64,000 nucleotides of DNA from Macrostomum lignano (taxonomy: Eukaryota). Numbering within the stretch: position 1 is the stretch's first letter; every line of letters begins with the position of its first letter. The notes under the pieces were generated by a model, which was given only the letters and a program-made list of their open reading frames with translations, was not told where the DNA came from and searched no databases. The position numbers were made by a program, and so were the translations under genes. Positions 13,080 through 24,364 of this stretch are shown in pieces. Where the stretch lies: assembly GCA_002269645.1 (NCBI GenBank), contig NIVC01001393.1, forward strand, positions 62,001 through 126,000, written 5' to 3'.

Positions 13080-13169
13080 CCATTGGCGAGTGACTGGGCG
13101 GGTTCAGCACTAGACGATCTGGCAACAAAGGTTGCTGGGATTCACTTGTATTAACTGATAACCATTCGT
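13080..13169 (-). CDS. WNK: Probable 90-bp internal exon of WNK (DEWLSVNTSESQQPLLPDRLVLNPPSHSPMG)
   Basis: Acceptor GCATTTCAG at 13170, open in phase 1, donor G|GTATAT at 13079 (weak); symmetric phase 1-1. Confidence 0.5.
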
Positions 13170-13254
13170 CTGAAATGCAAATAGTTTCATAGAAATACGA
13201 GCTGCGCTCAGATTTCAGATTTATCTAAATCCCGTTGAGCAATATACACTCCAT

Positions 13255-13436
13255 GATCAATACTCCCTACACACCCATGACCAATGCTCCCTAGACACCC
13301 CATGACCAATGCTCCCTACACACCCATGACCAATGCTCCCTACACACCCATGACCAATGCTCCCTACACACCCATGACCAATGCTCCCTACACACCCATG
13401 ACCAATGCTCCCTAGACATCCCATGACCAATGCTCT
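13255..13436. repeat. 24-bp minisatellite (CCATGACCAATGCTCCCTACACAC) starting at a WNK donor site
   Basis: About 7 copies immediately after the GTGAGA donor at 13439. Confidence 0.93.
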
Positions 13437-13439
13437 CAC

Positions 13440-14057
13440 CACCCTCCCCAAACACGGACGGGCGCTCACCCAGGCCAGTGGGAGTGCCAGGTGCACCCTG
13501 GTCAGTCTCCACCCGTTGAACGTCGCCGCAGTCGGCACCGTTCGTCGCAGTCGCAGCCGATGCCGACGCCTGCACGGCGGACAGCACGGCTAGCACGTCT
13601 TCCAGACGCATCTGCGGCCCGCCATCGAAGGCCAAGCAGGTGACGGTGGTGGCCGGCGCCTGCGTTCCAGACGCACTCGGGCAGAGCAGAAGGCAACGCC
13701 CGGCCTCAAGTCCTGGCAGAGGCTGCGGTGGCAGGCCCGGCAAGAGCAGCTGAGCGGAGCCGGAGCTCATCGTTGTCCAGTGCTGCATGAGCCGCTGCTG
13801 GCTGAGCGGGTGAGCGGCTGTAGGCGTGGTCGGAGGCGCCGGCGACTCTGCTCGGCGCCGCTGCTGCTGCTGCTGATTGGCGCCGCTGCTTTCCTTCCGA
13901 CAGCGGACCGCAGGCGAGACCGGCGCCGACAGAGCCGCTTCGCCGGCGTCCAGAGACAGCAACAGCGGCGAGGATGGCAGGTCAGCAGAGACCGGCGCCA
14001 CCAGCGATGACGTCACGGTGGCGGTCACGGTGGCGTTCACAGAGGAACTTGAGATGA
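13440..14057 (-). CDS. WNK: WNK exon, low-complexity C-terminal region (polyQ, Pro/Ala-rich)
   Basis: Acceptor TTAATTTCAG at 14058 (phase 1), donor G|GTGAGA at 13439; lies within ORF 13291..14109. Confidence 0.78.
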
Positions 14058-14111
14058 CTGAAATTAATCCGAATGTGGGATCGTTCAAATAAGTTGCTCT
14101 TATAGGCACTC

Positions 14112-14550
14112 AGATCCCACACCGGGATAAAATGGGGATCAATGGGAGCTAAGAGTCATTGAAATCCCACATTGGGATAAAATGGGGATCAATGGGAGCC
14201 AAGAGTCATTGAAATCCCACAATAGGATAAAATGGGGATCAATGGGAGCTAAGAGTCATTGAAATCCCACAATAGGATAAAATGGGGATCAATGAGAGCT
14301 AAGAGTCATTGAAATCCCACATTGGGATAAAATGGGGATCAATGGGAGCTAAGAGTCATAGAAATCCCACACCGGGATAAAATGGGGATCAATGGGAGCT
14401 AAGAGTCAACTAAACCCCACAATAGGATAAAATGGGGATCAATGGGAGCTAAGAGTTATTGAAATCCCACATTGGGATAAAATGGGGATCAATGGGAGCT
14501 AAGAGCCCCTTAAATACCAAACCAGGATAAAATGGGTTCAATGGGAGCTC
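14112..14550. repeat. 50-bp intronic minisatellite (GAAATCCCACATTGGGATAAAATGGGGATCAATGGGAGCTAAGAGTCATT)
   Basis: About 9 copies filling the WNK intron 14595-14058. Confidence 0.95.
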
Positions 14551-14595
14551 AGTCACATACAATGATTTTGAATAAATATGAAATCCAACACTCAC

Positions 14596-15100
14596 AAGAA
14601 TTAGACGCTAAAAAGTCGTACTGAAGCCCGTTGCCATGGTGCTGCCCGTTCATAATGGCCGACATGGACGCAGACATGGCGGCTGGCAAGCTTTCTACCT
14701 GCGGCTGGTAGCCCGGACTGCCCGGCACGCCAAAGTAGCCAAAGTTTTGATCAGCGGGCGCCTTTGGCGATTCGTTCAGCGGCTGCTCGCACAGACAGTC
14801 GGCCAGTTGCTGTTGCTGCTGCGGCTGCGAGTCGACCTGGCTGACCTGCCTGGAGACGGCCGCGGACGAAGGAGCCGTGACAGGCGAGGCCTGGCCTTGG
14901 CCGCCGCTGCCGCCGCCGCCCGCCTCCTCCTCCCAGCGCCCGTTGTAGTCGTCTCGCTCCTTGATGACGCGCCGTTTCGCTTCGGCCCATCGGCGCGCCT
15001 GCAGGCCGAGCCGAACGATGCAGGTGTCCAGCTCGCTGTCCTTCTCGGGCTCCGAGTCGCGGATCAGGTCCATGAAGTAGTTCCAGATGCCCGCTAGCAC
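14596..15100 (-). CDS. WNK: WNK exon (VLAGIWNYFMDL...FLASNS)
   Basis: Acceptor CTCAG at 15101 (phase 0), donor T|GTGAGT at 14595; within ORF 14549..15100. Confidence 0.82.
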
Positions 15101-15154
15101 CTGAGCGATATTGTTTCAGATGGGGCTTGAATGTCTTGCAGTTATTGGATTGGG

Positions 15155-15690
15155 ATAGATTAGCAATCCATTCTATCCCTAATCCACATGGGCTAGATTA
15201 GCAATCCATTCTATCCCTAATCCACATGGGCTAGATTAGCAATCCATTCTATCCATAATCCACATGAGCTAGATTAGCAATCCATTCTATCCATAATCCA
15301 CATGGGCTAGATTAGCAATCCATTCTATCCCTAATCCACATGGGCTAGATTAGCAATCCATTCTATCCCTAATCCACATGGGCTAGATTAGCAATCCATT
15401 CTATCCATAACCCACATGAGCTAGATTAGCAATCCATTCTATCCATAATCCACATGAGCTAGATTAGCAATCCATTCTATCCATAACCCACATGGGCTAG
15501 ATTAGCAGTCCATTCTATCCCTAATCCACATGGGCTAGATTAGCAGTCCATTCTATCCCTAATCCACATGGGCTAGATTAGCAATCCATTCTATCCCTAA
15601 TCCACATGGGCTAGATTAGCAGTCCATTCTATCCATAATCCACATGAGCTAGATTAGCAGTCCATTCTATCCATAATCCACATGAGCTAT
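15155..15690. repeat. 38-bp intronic minisatellite (AATCCACATGGGCTAGATTAGCAATCCATTCTATCCCT)
   Basis: About 14 copies filling the WNK intron 15711-15101. Confidence 0.96.
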
Positions 15691-15711
15691 ATTATCCCAA
15701 GAATATCGCAC

Positions 15712-16255
15712 CTTCTTCCGGTAGTACAGCAGTTGGTTTCTGACGCTGTTCACCACCTTCTGTCGCAGCCGACGCAGCTGATCGGCGCTGAGCCCCGGCG
15801 CGTCCGACTCGGCCAAATCGGCAAACGAATTAACGACATTCTCCAAATCCTCATCGATGAAGCAGTCGAGCTGGAATTCGAATCCGACACCGGGCAGGAT
15901 TCGCATCTGCTGCTGCAGCGCTCGATCGTTCACCACCAGACGAAAGTCGGCCACGTGATAGTAACGACCGGGATCGCCGACGTACTCGACGTCAGCCGAC
16001 AAGGCCCGATGCCTGGCCGTCGAAGAAGTGCCAGATATTTGTTGCTGGGCGGCGGCTACCGTCGGTTGAGTCGGCGACACGGTATCCTCGTCCTGCCAGC
16101 GGACTGTCTGGGACAGGCGGACCAACTGCACCTGAACTGGGATCGGCTTCAGATTGAAGATTTGCAACGAGAGCAGCTCCTCGGAGGTGGGCCGGAAATC
16201 CGGCAGCGGATGCGTGCACGTGAAAAATATGTCCCGGATTTCCGGATTCTCCAGC
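15712..16255 (-). CDS. WNK: WNK exon: kinase C-lobe end (RLENPEIRDIFFTCTHPLPDFRPTSEELL) plus PF2/autoinhibitory-like segment (FRLVV...GFEFQL)
   Basis: Acceptor AAATCAG at 16256 (phase 2), donor AAG|GTGCGA at 15711; resembles kinase subdomain XI and the WNK autoinhibitory domain. Confidence 0.85.
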
Positions 16256-16319
16256 CTGATTTGCAGAGAAGGCGGGTGGGATCGAATGCCTATGGATAAT
16301 AGATGTTGAATAGATCACG

Positions 16320-17020
16320 AGACTAGTTGTCACCTAGACATTCAGCTGTCAACTAGTTGTCAACTAGATGATGACTAGATGCAAACTAGATCTAGATGAT
16401 GACTAGATGCAAACTAGATCTAGATGATGACTAGATGCAAACTAGATCTAGATGATGACTAGATGCAAACTAGATCTAGATGATGACTAGATGCAAACTA
16501 GATACTGACTAGATGCAAACTAGATGATGACTAGATGATGACTAGATGCAAACTAGATACTGACTAGATGCAAACTAGATGATGACTAGATGCAAACTAG
16601 ATACTGACTAGATGCAAACTAGATACTGACTAGATGCAAACTAGATACTGACTAGATGCAAACTAGATACTGACTAGATGCAAACTAGATGATGACTAGA
16701 TGATGACTAGATGCAAACTAGATACTGACTAGATGCAAACTAGATGATGACTAGATGCAAACTAGATACTGACTAGATGCAAACTAGATACTGACTAGAT
16801 GCAAACTAGATACTGACTAGATGCAAACTAGATACTGACTAGATGCAAACTAGATACTGACTAGATGATGACTAGATGCAAACTAGATACTGACTAGATG
16901 ATGACTAGATGATGACTAGATGCAAACTAGATACTGACTAGATGCAAACTAGATACTGACTAGATGCAAACTAGATACCGACTAGATGCAAACTAGATGA
17001 TGACTAGATGCAAACTAGTT
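16320..17020. repeat. About 22-bp intronic minisatellite (GACTAGATGCAAACTAGATACT and variants)
   Basis: Fills nearly all of the WNK intron 17036-16256. Confidence 0.95.
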
Positions 17021-17036
17021 GCCAATCAATTCTCAC

Positions 17037-17366
17037 CTGTTCAGCACCTGAGGCGGAGTGGTGCTAGCAATCCTTTGCCAGACATCCATAAAGTTCTGGC
17101 ACTCCTGATACGGCACACAGTTGGTGACCAGCTCCACCATGAGCAGGCCAAAGGCGAATATGTCGACTTTCTCGTCGTATCGCTCCTGCAGCATCTCCGG
17201 AGCCATGTAGCCCAGAGTGCCCAGCATGGTCTTGCGGCTCTGAGTCTTGGCAGTGGCCAGGCCGAAGTCGCCAATTTTGATGTTATAATATTCGTCAGGA
17301 TTCTCGCCATCGGCTATGAACACGTTCTCCGGCTTGAGGTCGCGGTGGATCACTGGCGGGTTCATT
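17037..17366 (-). CDS. WNK: WNK kinase exon, subdomains VIb-X (HRDLKPEN, DFG, APE)
   Basis: KMNPPVIHRDLKPENVFI...IKIGDFGLAT...GTLGYMAPEM...YDEKVDIFAFGLLMVELVT; acceptor at 17367, donor AG|GTGAGA at 17036. Confidence 0.93.
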
Positions 17367-17569
17367 CTGCGATTAAAGGAAATCGGCAAAATAGTTACAA
17401 CTCATTAAAAGATATAAAAATATTTACGTGAAACTATTTAAACAAAGACCAGTCCTATATTGGAAAACCCAACATTCGTTTTGTTAATTCATGTTCAAAT
17501 AATAAAGACTCTTTCTCCGGGATGAGACGAAGACTGATTCTGAAGTATTAAACAAAAACTTATTGAGAA

Positions 17570-18225
17570 ACATGATGAAACTGACTTATTTAGGAGCACG
17601 ATGAAACAAAGACCTATTTAGAAACATTATGAAACAAAGATCCATTTAGAAACACGAGGAAACAAAGATTCATTTAGAAACATGATGAAACAAAGATCCA
17701 TTTAGAAACACGATGAGACTTATTTAGAAACACGATGAAACAATGACTCATTTAGAAACATGATGGAACAAAGACTTATTTATAAACACGATGAAAGACT
17801 CATTTAGAAACACGAGGAAACAAAGATTCATTTAGAAACATGATGAAACAAAGACTTATTTAGAAACATGATGAAAGACTTATTTAGAAACACGAGGAAA
17901 CAAAGATTCATTTATAAACATAATGAAACAAAGACTTATTTAGAAACACGATGAAAGACTCATTTAGAAACACGATGAAACAAAGACTCATTTAGAAACA
18001 CGATGAAACAATGACTCATTTAGAAACATGATGGAACAAAGACTCATTTAGAAACACGAGGAAACAATGACTCATTTAGAAACATGATGGAACAAAGACT
18101 CATTTAGAAACACGAGGAAACAATACTCATTTAGAAACATGATGGAACAAAGACTCATTTAGAAACACGAGGAAACAATACTCATTTAGAAACATGATGG
18201 AACAAAGACTCATTTAGAAATACTC
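17570..18225. repeat. About 28-30-bp AT-rich intronic minisatellite (CATTTAGAAACACGATGAAACAAAGACT)
   Basis: Imperfect tandem copies in the WNK intron 19599-17367. Confidence 0.92.
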
Positions 18226-19074
18226 ATGAAGACTCGTTGCTACGGATTAAACAAAAACTTATTTTTTATTTTACTTGCGCAAATACTGGTGATTTTTGTA
18301 TAATAGAAATGCAGTATTATTTTGCAAAATAATGCAAATGAAATCAAATAAAGCATGTTCAGTTCTAGGAGCTCAAAAATTCCATGAAGTGTAGCATTAT
18401 TAATGAGCTAGTGAAGCCATGAGCAATGAGCCCAACCAACTAGTCAAGAAGACAAATAAATGCGCAATAGCAGGGTCAAAGCAACGCTTTGAAACTAACA
18501 AAATGGCCTAATAGTGCACAGTTGTAAAAAAGACAAGGCGCTCTCACAATTTCTCGGCTGTAGTCACGCGACTTAGTTTATCTTCTCAATGCCTAAGACT
18601 GAGAAGACTGCAAGTGCGCAGTCTAGCTAAAAGAAATTCTTATCAATTATACAGCTAAAGAATTGTCGCCAAGCCCCCCCCCCCAGCCCAGGGTGCAGAG
18701 TACAGGGACATGTACAACAGCCCAGGTTTATGTTTCATAACGTGTGTCATGACACACCAACTTTTAATTTTGGCATACTGAAATTTGGACTTTTGAATTA
18801 AATTTTCATAATTTGTTACAATATTTCACACAATTCAGTTGCCAAATTGTCGATAATACACAGACAAATAAGGGCAAAGCAAGTAAGCGGGGTGTTCAAA
18901 AGTAGCCTTATCACCATGAAATATTGAAGCAGAAATTTTGCAAATACAGTTTCAACTTAGGCTGGATTATTAGCCAGCGTGTGAATGTGAATGTGAATAT
19001 TCGGGTTTTGGTCACCATGGCTTGTACAGATTCACAATTGTGAAGATTTTAAAGCTTTGGTTCCGTGAAGATTC

Positions 19075-19520
19075 GAGTTAGTAAGTATTTTTAGTGAAAA
19101 TTCGGATTCGGGTTGGTGAAAATTTGGGTTGCAGATTCAGGTTGAAGATTTGGGTTGGTGAGAGATTCGGGTTGGTGAGAGATTCGGGTTGGTAAAGATT
19201 CGGGTTGGTGAAGATTCAGGTTGGTAAATAATCAGGTTGGTGAAGATTCGGGTTGGTAAATATTCAGGTTGGTGAAGATTCGGGTTGGTAAATATTCAGT
19301 TTGGTGAAGATTCGGGTTAGTAAATATTCAGTTTGGTGAAGATTCGGGTTGGTGAAGATTCGGGTTGGTAAAGAGTCGGGTTGGTGAAGATTCGGGTTGG
19401 TGAAGATTCGGGTTGGTGAAGATTCGGGCTGGTGAAGATTCGGGTTGGTGAAGATTCGGGCTGGTGAAGATTCAAGTTAAAGATTTGAGTTGGTGAAGAT
19501 TCAGTTTGATGAAGATTCAG
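19075..19520. repeat. 16-17-bp intronic minisatellite (GAAGATTCGGGTTGGT)
   Basis: Tandem copies near the donor end of the same intron. Confidence 0.92.
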
Positions 19521-19599
19521 TTTTTGAAGGTTTGTCTGGTGTTTGGTGATGATGAAGGTTAAATTTAAAGTCCAACAAAAGCATCTAAACCAAACTCAC

Positions 19600-19865
19600 T
19601 TGTGATGCATGTGCCTCAGTCCCTCGAGAATCTGCTGCATCCAGGACTGAAACACGCTGAACTCAACCACAGCCTCTCTGGTCTGCTCATTATAGAAAGT
19701 CTTCATCTTCTCCTTGAGCGTGCCCTCGCTCATGAACTCGGTGACAATCACGGTGGCTTTCACTTTCTCGCCTCTCTCGCCGTTCTCGTCTAGTTCAAAA
19801 TAGCAGTCGAGCAAGTCATAATAGCGGACTATGTTGGGGTGCTCGCACTTGATCATCATCTCAAC
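19600..19865 (-). CDS. WNK: WNK kinase exon, subdomains III-VIa (VEMMIKCEHPNIVRYYD...IVTEFMSEGTLKE...QILEGLRHMH)
   Basis: Acceptor CGCAG at 19866, donor AA|GTGAGT at 19599; typical kinase motifs. Confidence 0.93.
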
Positions 19866-19884
19866 CTGCGAGTTAGCGGGTTTA

Positions 19885-20285
19885 AGGTTAGCAATTTTAA
19901 GGATTGTGATTTTGAAGATTGGGATTCTAGAGATTGTGATTTTAGGGATTGGGATTTAAGGGATTGTGATTTTAGGGATTGGGATTCTAGAGATTGTGAT
20001 TTTAGGGATTGGGATTTTAGGGATTGGGATTTAAGGGATTGTGATTTTAGGGATTGGGATTCTAGGGATTGTGATTTTAGGGATTAGGACTTTAGGGATT
20101 GGGATTTAAGGGATTGTGATTTTAGGGATTGGGATTCTAGGGATTCGAATTTTAGGGATTCGGATTTTAGGGATTGGGATTCTAGGGATTCGAATTTTAG
20201 GGATTCGGATTTTAGCGATTGGGATTCTACGAGTAGGAATGGTATTTTAGTGATTGGGATTCTAGGGATTGATATTTTAAGGATT
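19885..20285. repeat. About 15-bp intronic repeat (GGGATTTTAGGGATT) rich in TTAGGG
   Basis: Fills most of the WNK intron 20360-19866. Confidence 0.92.
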
Positions 20286-20360
20286 AAGATCTTTAGGAAA
20301 GGGATTGTGAAGGATTATTTGTAAAAATTGTAGAGTCTCACAAAAAAGATAGGATCTCAC

Positions 20361-21252
20361 CTCTTTGCGAACCTGATCCCTCTCGGCCGGTTTGTCCTTC
20401 CCAACCTGGTACTTGAGCTCGCACCAGGCTATGGGCCGGCCCTGCTCCCGATCGTAGCCCCTGTACACTCGTTTGTAGGCGCCTTCGCCGCACTTTAAAT
20501 TATGCTTAATCCACCGGCCACACGGACTGACCGCGATGCCCCGCTGCTTCAGCTGCAGCTCCATCTGGTGCCGGCGCCACATCTGCGCCTCGCGCCGGCG
20601 CTGCCTCTCTTTCTGTTTCTCCTCGCGCGACCTGCTGTGATGCGACTGCTGCTGCTGGGAAGAATTAGTAGACGATTGACGGGACAGCTTGACGTGAGGA
20701 GATGGCGGCTGTTGCTGCTGCTGTGGCTGCTGCTGCACCTGCGACTGAGCAGCCGCAGTTGACGACGCCTCCTCTGACGAAGAAGCAACAACAGCGCCGA
20801 CGATGGAACCGACAGAGATTGTCGTAGCCGATACAGCAGGCGACGACGGCGAAGGCGATGTTGAAGCCGAGGCGAAGGTGCGAATCGCCGCAGCAGCAGC
20901 AGCAGCCGGCGGCGGCAGCGTCGGCATGGCAGTTGTTGCCAAGCTGATGTCGCCATTGACAACCAGAACTGGCGGCTCGGCAACCCCGGCAGGCGATACG
21001 GAGGGAGCGGCCGGCAACTCAGGGCAGGACTCGTCCGCCTGCGGCGCCACAACAACGACAACTCCGGTGGTGGGAACTGCTGTAGACGTCGTCGGGTCGC
21101 CGTCGTTGTCGTCTTTGCTGTCGACCATCAGCCGCGGCGGCGCCTCCTTCGAAGACGAACTGGCAGCGGAGTCGGCGGCGTCGGCGCCAGAGCTGCCAGG
21201 CGGCGCCATTCGATGCGCTGGCTGCGGCTCCGTCAGCGACAGCCTGCGGATT
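20361..21252 (-). CDS. WNK: WNK exon: disordered N-terminus plus kinase subdomains I-II (CGEGAYKRVYRGYDREQGRPIAWCELK)
   Basis: Lys in the glycine loop (GEGAYK) and Cys in place of the subdomain II Lys (AWCEL) are WNK hallmarks; acceptor TTGGCAG at 21253 (phase 2), open into ATG 21209; donor GAG|GTGAGA at 20360. Confidence 0.92.
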
Positions 21253-21361
21253 CTGCCAAGGAGATGAGGGGAGCGGGACGGAAATTAGAAATTTCCCAAT
21301 TTAAAAGTTTAGAGCTGCAAAGGCGAAACACTCTCCAATAGCTCAATAACTTTGCGGCCTA

Positions 21362-21474
21362 CCCCCAAGGCGCAGAGAGTGTACATGCCAGAAAGTCACG
21401 GCCGCTGTACACCCTGTGTGAGCGCGTGCCTGCGTACATATCTGTGCGTGTCTTCAGGAGTCAGCGGAATGGGC
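21362..21474 (+). repeat. Unclassified dispersed repeat, copy A (GCAGAGAGTGTACATGCC...GCCGCTGTACACCCTG)
   Basis: Homologous to 39490-39620 (-), 40341-40560 (-) and 53640-53754 (+). Confidence 0.8.
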
Positions 21475-21489
21475 TTGACGACTGACAAA

Positions 21490-21522
21490 CCCACTAACTA
21501 ACTAACTTATTAACTAACCAAT

Positions 21523-21559
<37 letters not shown>

Positions 21560-21865
21560 GACTAACTAACTAACTAACTAACCAATTAACTAACTAACTA
21601 ACCAATTAACTAATTAACTTATTAACTAACCAATTAACTAATTAACTAACTAACTAACTAAGTGACTAACTAACTGACTGACTAACTAACTAACCAATTA
21701 ACTAATTAACTAACTAACTAACTAACTAGCTAACTAACTGACTAACTAACTAAATAAATAACTAACTAACTAACTTACTAACTTATTAACTAACCAATTA
21801 ACTAACTAACTAGCTAGTTACCTAACTAATATATTAACTAACTGTTCAATTAACTAACAAATAAC
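21490..21865. repeat. (AACT)n microsatellite
   Basis: Direct periodicity. Confidence 0.95.
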
Positions 21866-22364
21866 TAATACTACATGCACGTCTTACCAAGTGGAAACGA
21901 AAATATTTGCCAATGCAGTCCCTTGACAATTTATTGTTTAACGCTAAGTGAATCTCTTTAAATCTGTGTTTATTTGTTTAGTGGCAAAATTAGGCCAGTT
22001 AATGGCTTGGACAGCCGCAGGTATTTTTATAACCTAAAGCAAAGCGCCGGGCACAGAGGCAGGGGAGTAGGGGGCGGATTGGGGTCAACTGCTCTCGCCA
22101 CTCCCGCAGTCCAGTCAAGTTCGCTGAGTGCAATGGGCAAAGGTAGGCCGGAGGTGTGAATAGGGATACTTTGACCGATATATACTACTAGCAGCGGTAA
22201 GTATAGCTTTAATCTGGAAGGAATATATTAATAAATACAATTCTTTATTGCTCGATATATAAGGGGCCAATACTTTCACTAGCTGGGAGCTAGATCTGAA
22301 AACCAATTAAACAGATTGGATAATATAAAGGTTATGGTTGATTAACTTTGCTGACTACAAAGTG

Positions 22365-23275
22365 TTCGGATTATGAAGTTAGGGGGTCATAGAATTAGGA
22401 GATTATGGAGAAGGGAATCATGAGGAGAGATAGAAGCAGGGGGTTATGAAGTAGTTTATTATGAAGCAGGGGATTATGAATTAGGGGATTATGAAGTAGG
22501 GGATTATGAAGTAGGGGATTATGAAGTAGGGGATTATGAAGTCGGGGACTATGAAGCAGGGGATTATGAAGTAGGGGATTATGAAGTAGTTTATTATGAA
22601 GCAGGGGATTATGAAGTAGAGGATTATGAAGTAGGAGATCATGAAGCAAGGGATTATGAAGTAGGGGATTATGAAGTAGTTTATTATGAAGCAGGGGATT
22701 ATGAATTAGGGGATTATGAAGTAGGGGATTATGAAGTAGGGGATTATGAAGTAGGGGATTATGAAGTAGGGGATTATGAAGTCGGGGACTATGAAGCAGG
22801 GGATTATGAAGTAGGGGATTATGAAGTAGTTTATCATGAAGCAGGGGATTATGAAGTAGGGGATTATGAAGTAGGGGATTATGAAGTCGGGGACTATGAA
22901 GCAGGGGATTATGAAGTAGGGGATTATGAAGTAGTTTATCATGAAGCAAGGGATTATGAAGTAGGGGATTATGAAGTAGGGGATTATGAAGTAGTTTATT
23001 ATGAAGCAGGGGATTATGAAGCAGGGGATTATGAATTAGGGGATCATGAAGCAAGGGATTATGAATTAGGGGATCATGAAGCAAGGGATTATGAAGCAGG
23101 GGATTATGAATTAGGGGATCATGAAGCAAGGGATTATGAATTAGGGGATCATGAAGCAAGGGATTATGAAGTAGTTTATTATGAAGCAGGGGATTATGAA
23201 GCAGGGGATTATGAAGCAGGGGATCATGAAGCAGGGGATTATGAAGCAGGGGATTATGAAGCAGGGGATTAGGAA
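22365..23275. repeat. 15-bp intronic minisatellite (GGGGATTATGAAGYA)
   Basis: About 60 copies; explains ORF 22395..23159 (HNPLL repeats). Confidence 0.96.
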
Positions 23276-23346
23276 GCTTGCTGCTTGAGTTTCGGGACCA
23301 TTAAGTTTGGGGAATACGAATATTATGTACTATGAGGTAAACTCAC

Positions 23347-23759
23347 TCAACAAGCCGACAAGCTGAGTAGGAGCCGCTGTTAGACCCGCTAGCGGAATCA
23401 TCTAACAGAGTTTCCCTGATTGTCACCCGTTTGCGCAGCACCCGAGGGCCGCCGCCAATGCTTGAGCGCAGCGCACTCCTGCCAGGCGGCGGCAGGGGCG
23501 GCGGCGGCGGCGCAGGTGGAGGCGGTGGCGGCGGCAGCCGAACAATCGCCGAGGTTGGCGTCACAGCCGGCGTGTTGCACGGCGGCTCCGTGGCCGAGCG
23601 GCACCAGCCGTTGCTGTCAGCCGATGCGGCCGGCGCTAGCAGCAGCGGAGGCGTCGACGCCAAATAAGGCGGCTGCGGCGACGGCAACGCAGCCGACGTA
23701 GACGACGCAGAGGTCAGGCCGAGCGGCCTCGACGGTGGGCTATCAGCGCCGTGCGCCAT
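23347..23759 (-). CDS. WNK: Probable first coding exon of WNK (MAHGADSPPSRP...polyPro...RKRVTIRET...RLVE)
   Basis: ATG 23759 just after the acceptor TTTGTACAG/TTGCAG; donor GA|GTGAGT at 23346 is phase 2 and joins in frame to the acceptor at 21253 (...VE|IRRLSLTEP...). Confidence 0.75.
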
Positions 23760-24364
23760 CTTACATGAAGACTGCAACTGTACAAATTTGGGCTGCTATA
23801 TTCGCTAGTAAGCTACTGTCAGTAGGCTAAATTGAATGAATATTATATTCTACATTTCTACGTCTCTTGAAGTCATAAAATCAAACTGTTTGAAAAAAAT
23901 ATTCACTTTAAAACCAGCAATGTCAAGCCGACTGTTAAAGTGCTGGCAAGGCTTGATTTGGCCCACTCATCTAATTAATAAAGTTTAGCAAATTAATATG
24001 CAAACTAATTGCTCGCAAGCCAGTTAGAATACGAAGTTAATGAGAAAGGAACAGCGACAGAACGAGACACCCTGGAGAACCCCTGGATCATACATCATTA
24101 CCCACAGACACCTAGCAGCCTAGACCGGACCCCAGTCAGGAAGTCGGCAATATTAAAATGCTCATTTTTTTCCCGAAAGCCTGCCACAAGGGTAATGCAA
24201 TTAAGCTAAGGCGAACGAATTGCTTTGCTAAACAGTTGAGACATGGGGTCTTAGCCAAGTCACGTGGGCGAGCGCTTGTACCAAATTTGTGGCACGTAGC
24301 TGTAAAATTAGAGAATATTTATTTGTCGTCTAGCGAACTGGAGAACTACTCAATGCTTTCGGTG

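Noticed and set aside
15682-17431. Plus-strand ORFs overlapping WNK exons (for example 15682..16299, 16997..17431, 20803..21267)
   Set aside because: Antisense shadows of GC-rich coding exons
20277-20360. ORF-track tail of 20277..21209 (VRSYLFCETLQ...)
   Set aside because: Read-through past the GAG|GTGAGA donor into an intron; similar tails of ORFs 14549, 15667, 13291 and 56932 are also intronic
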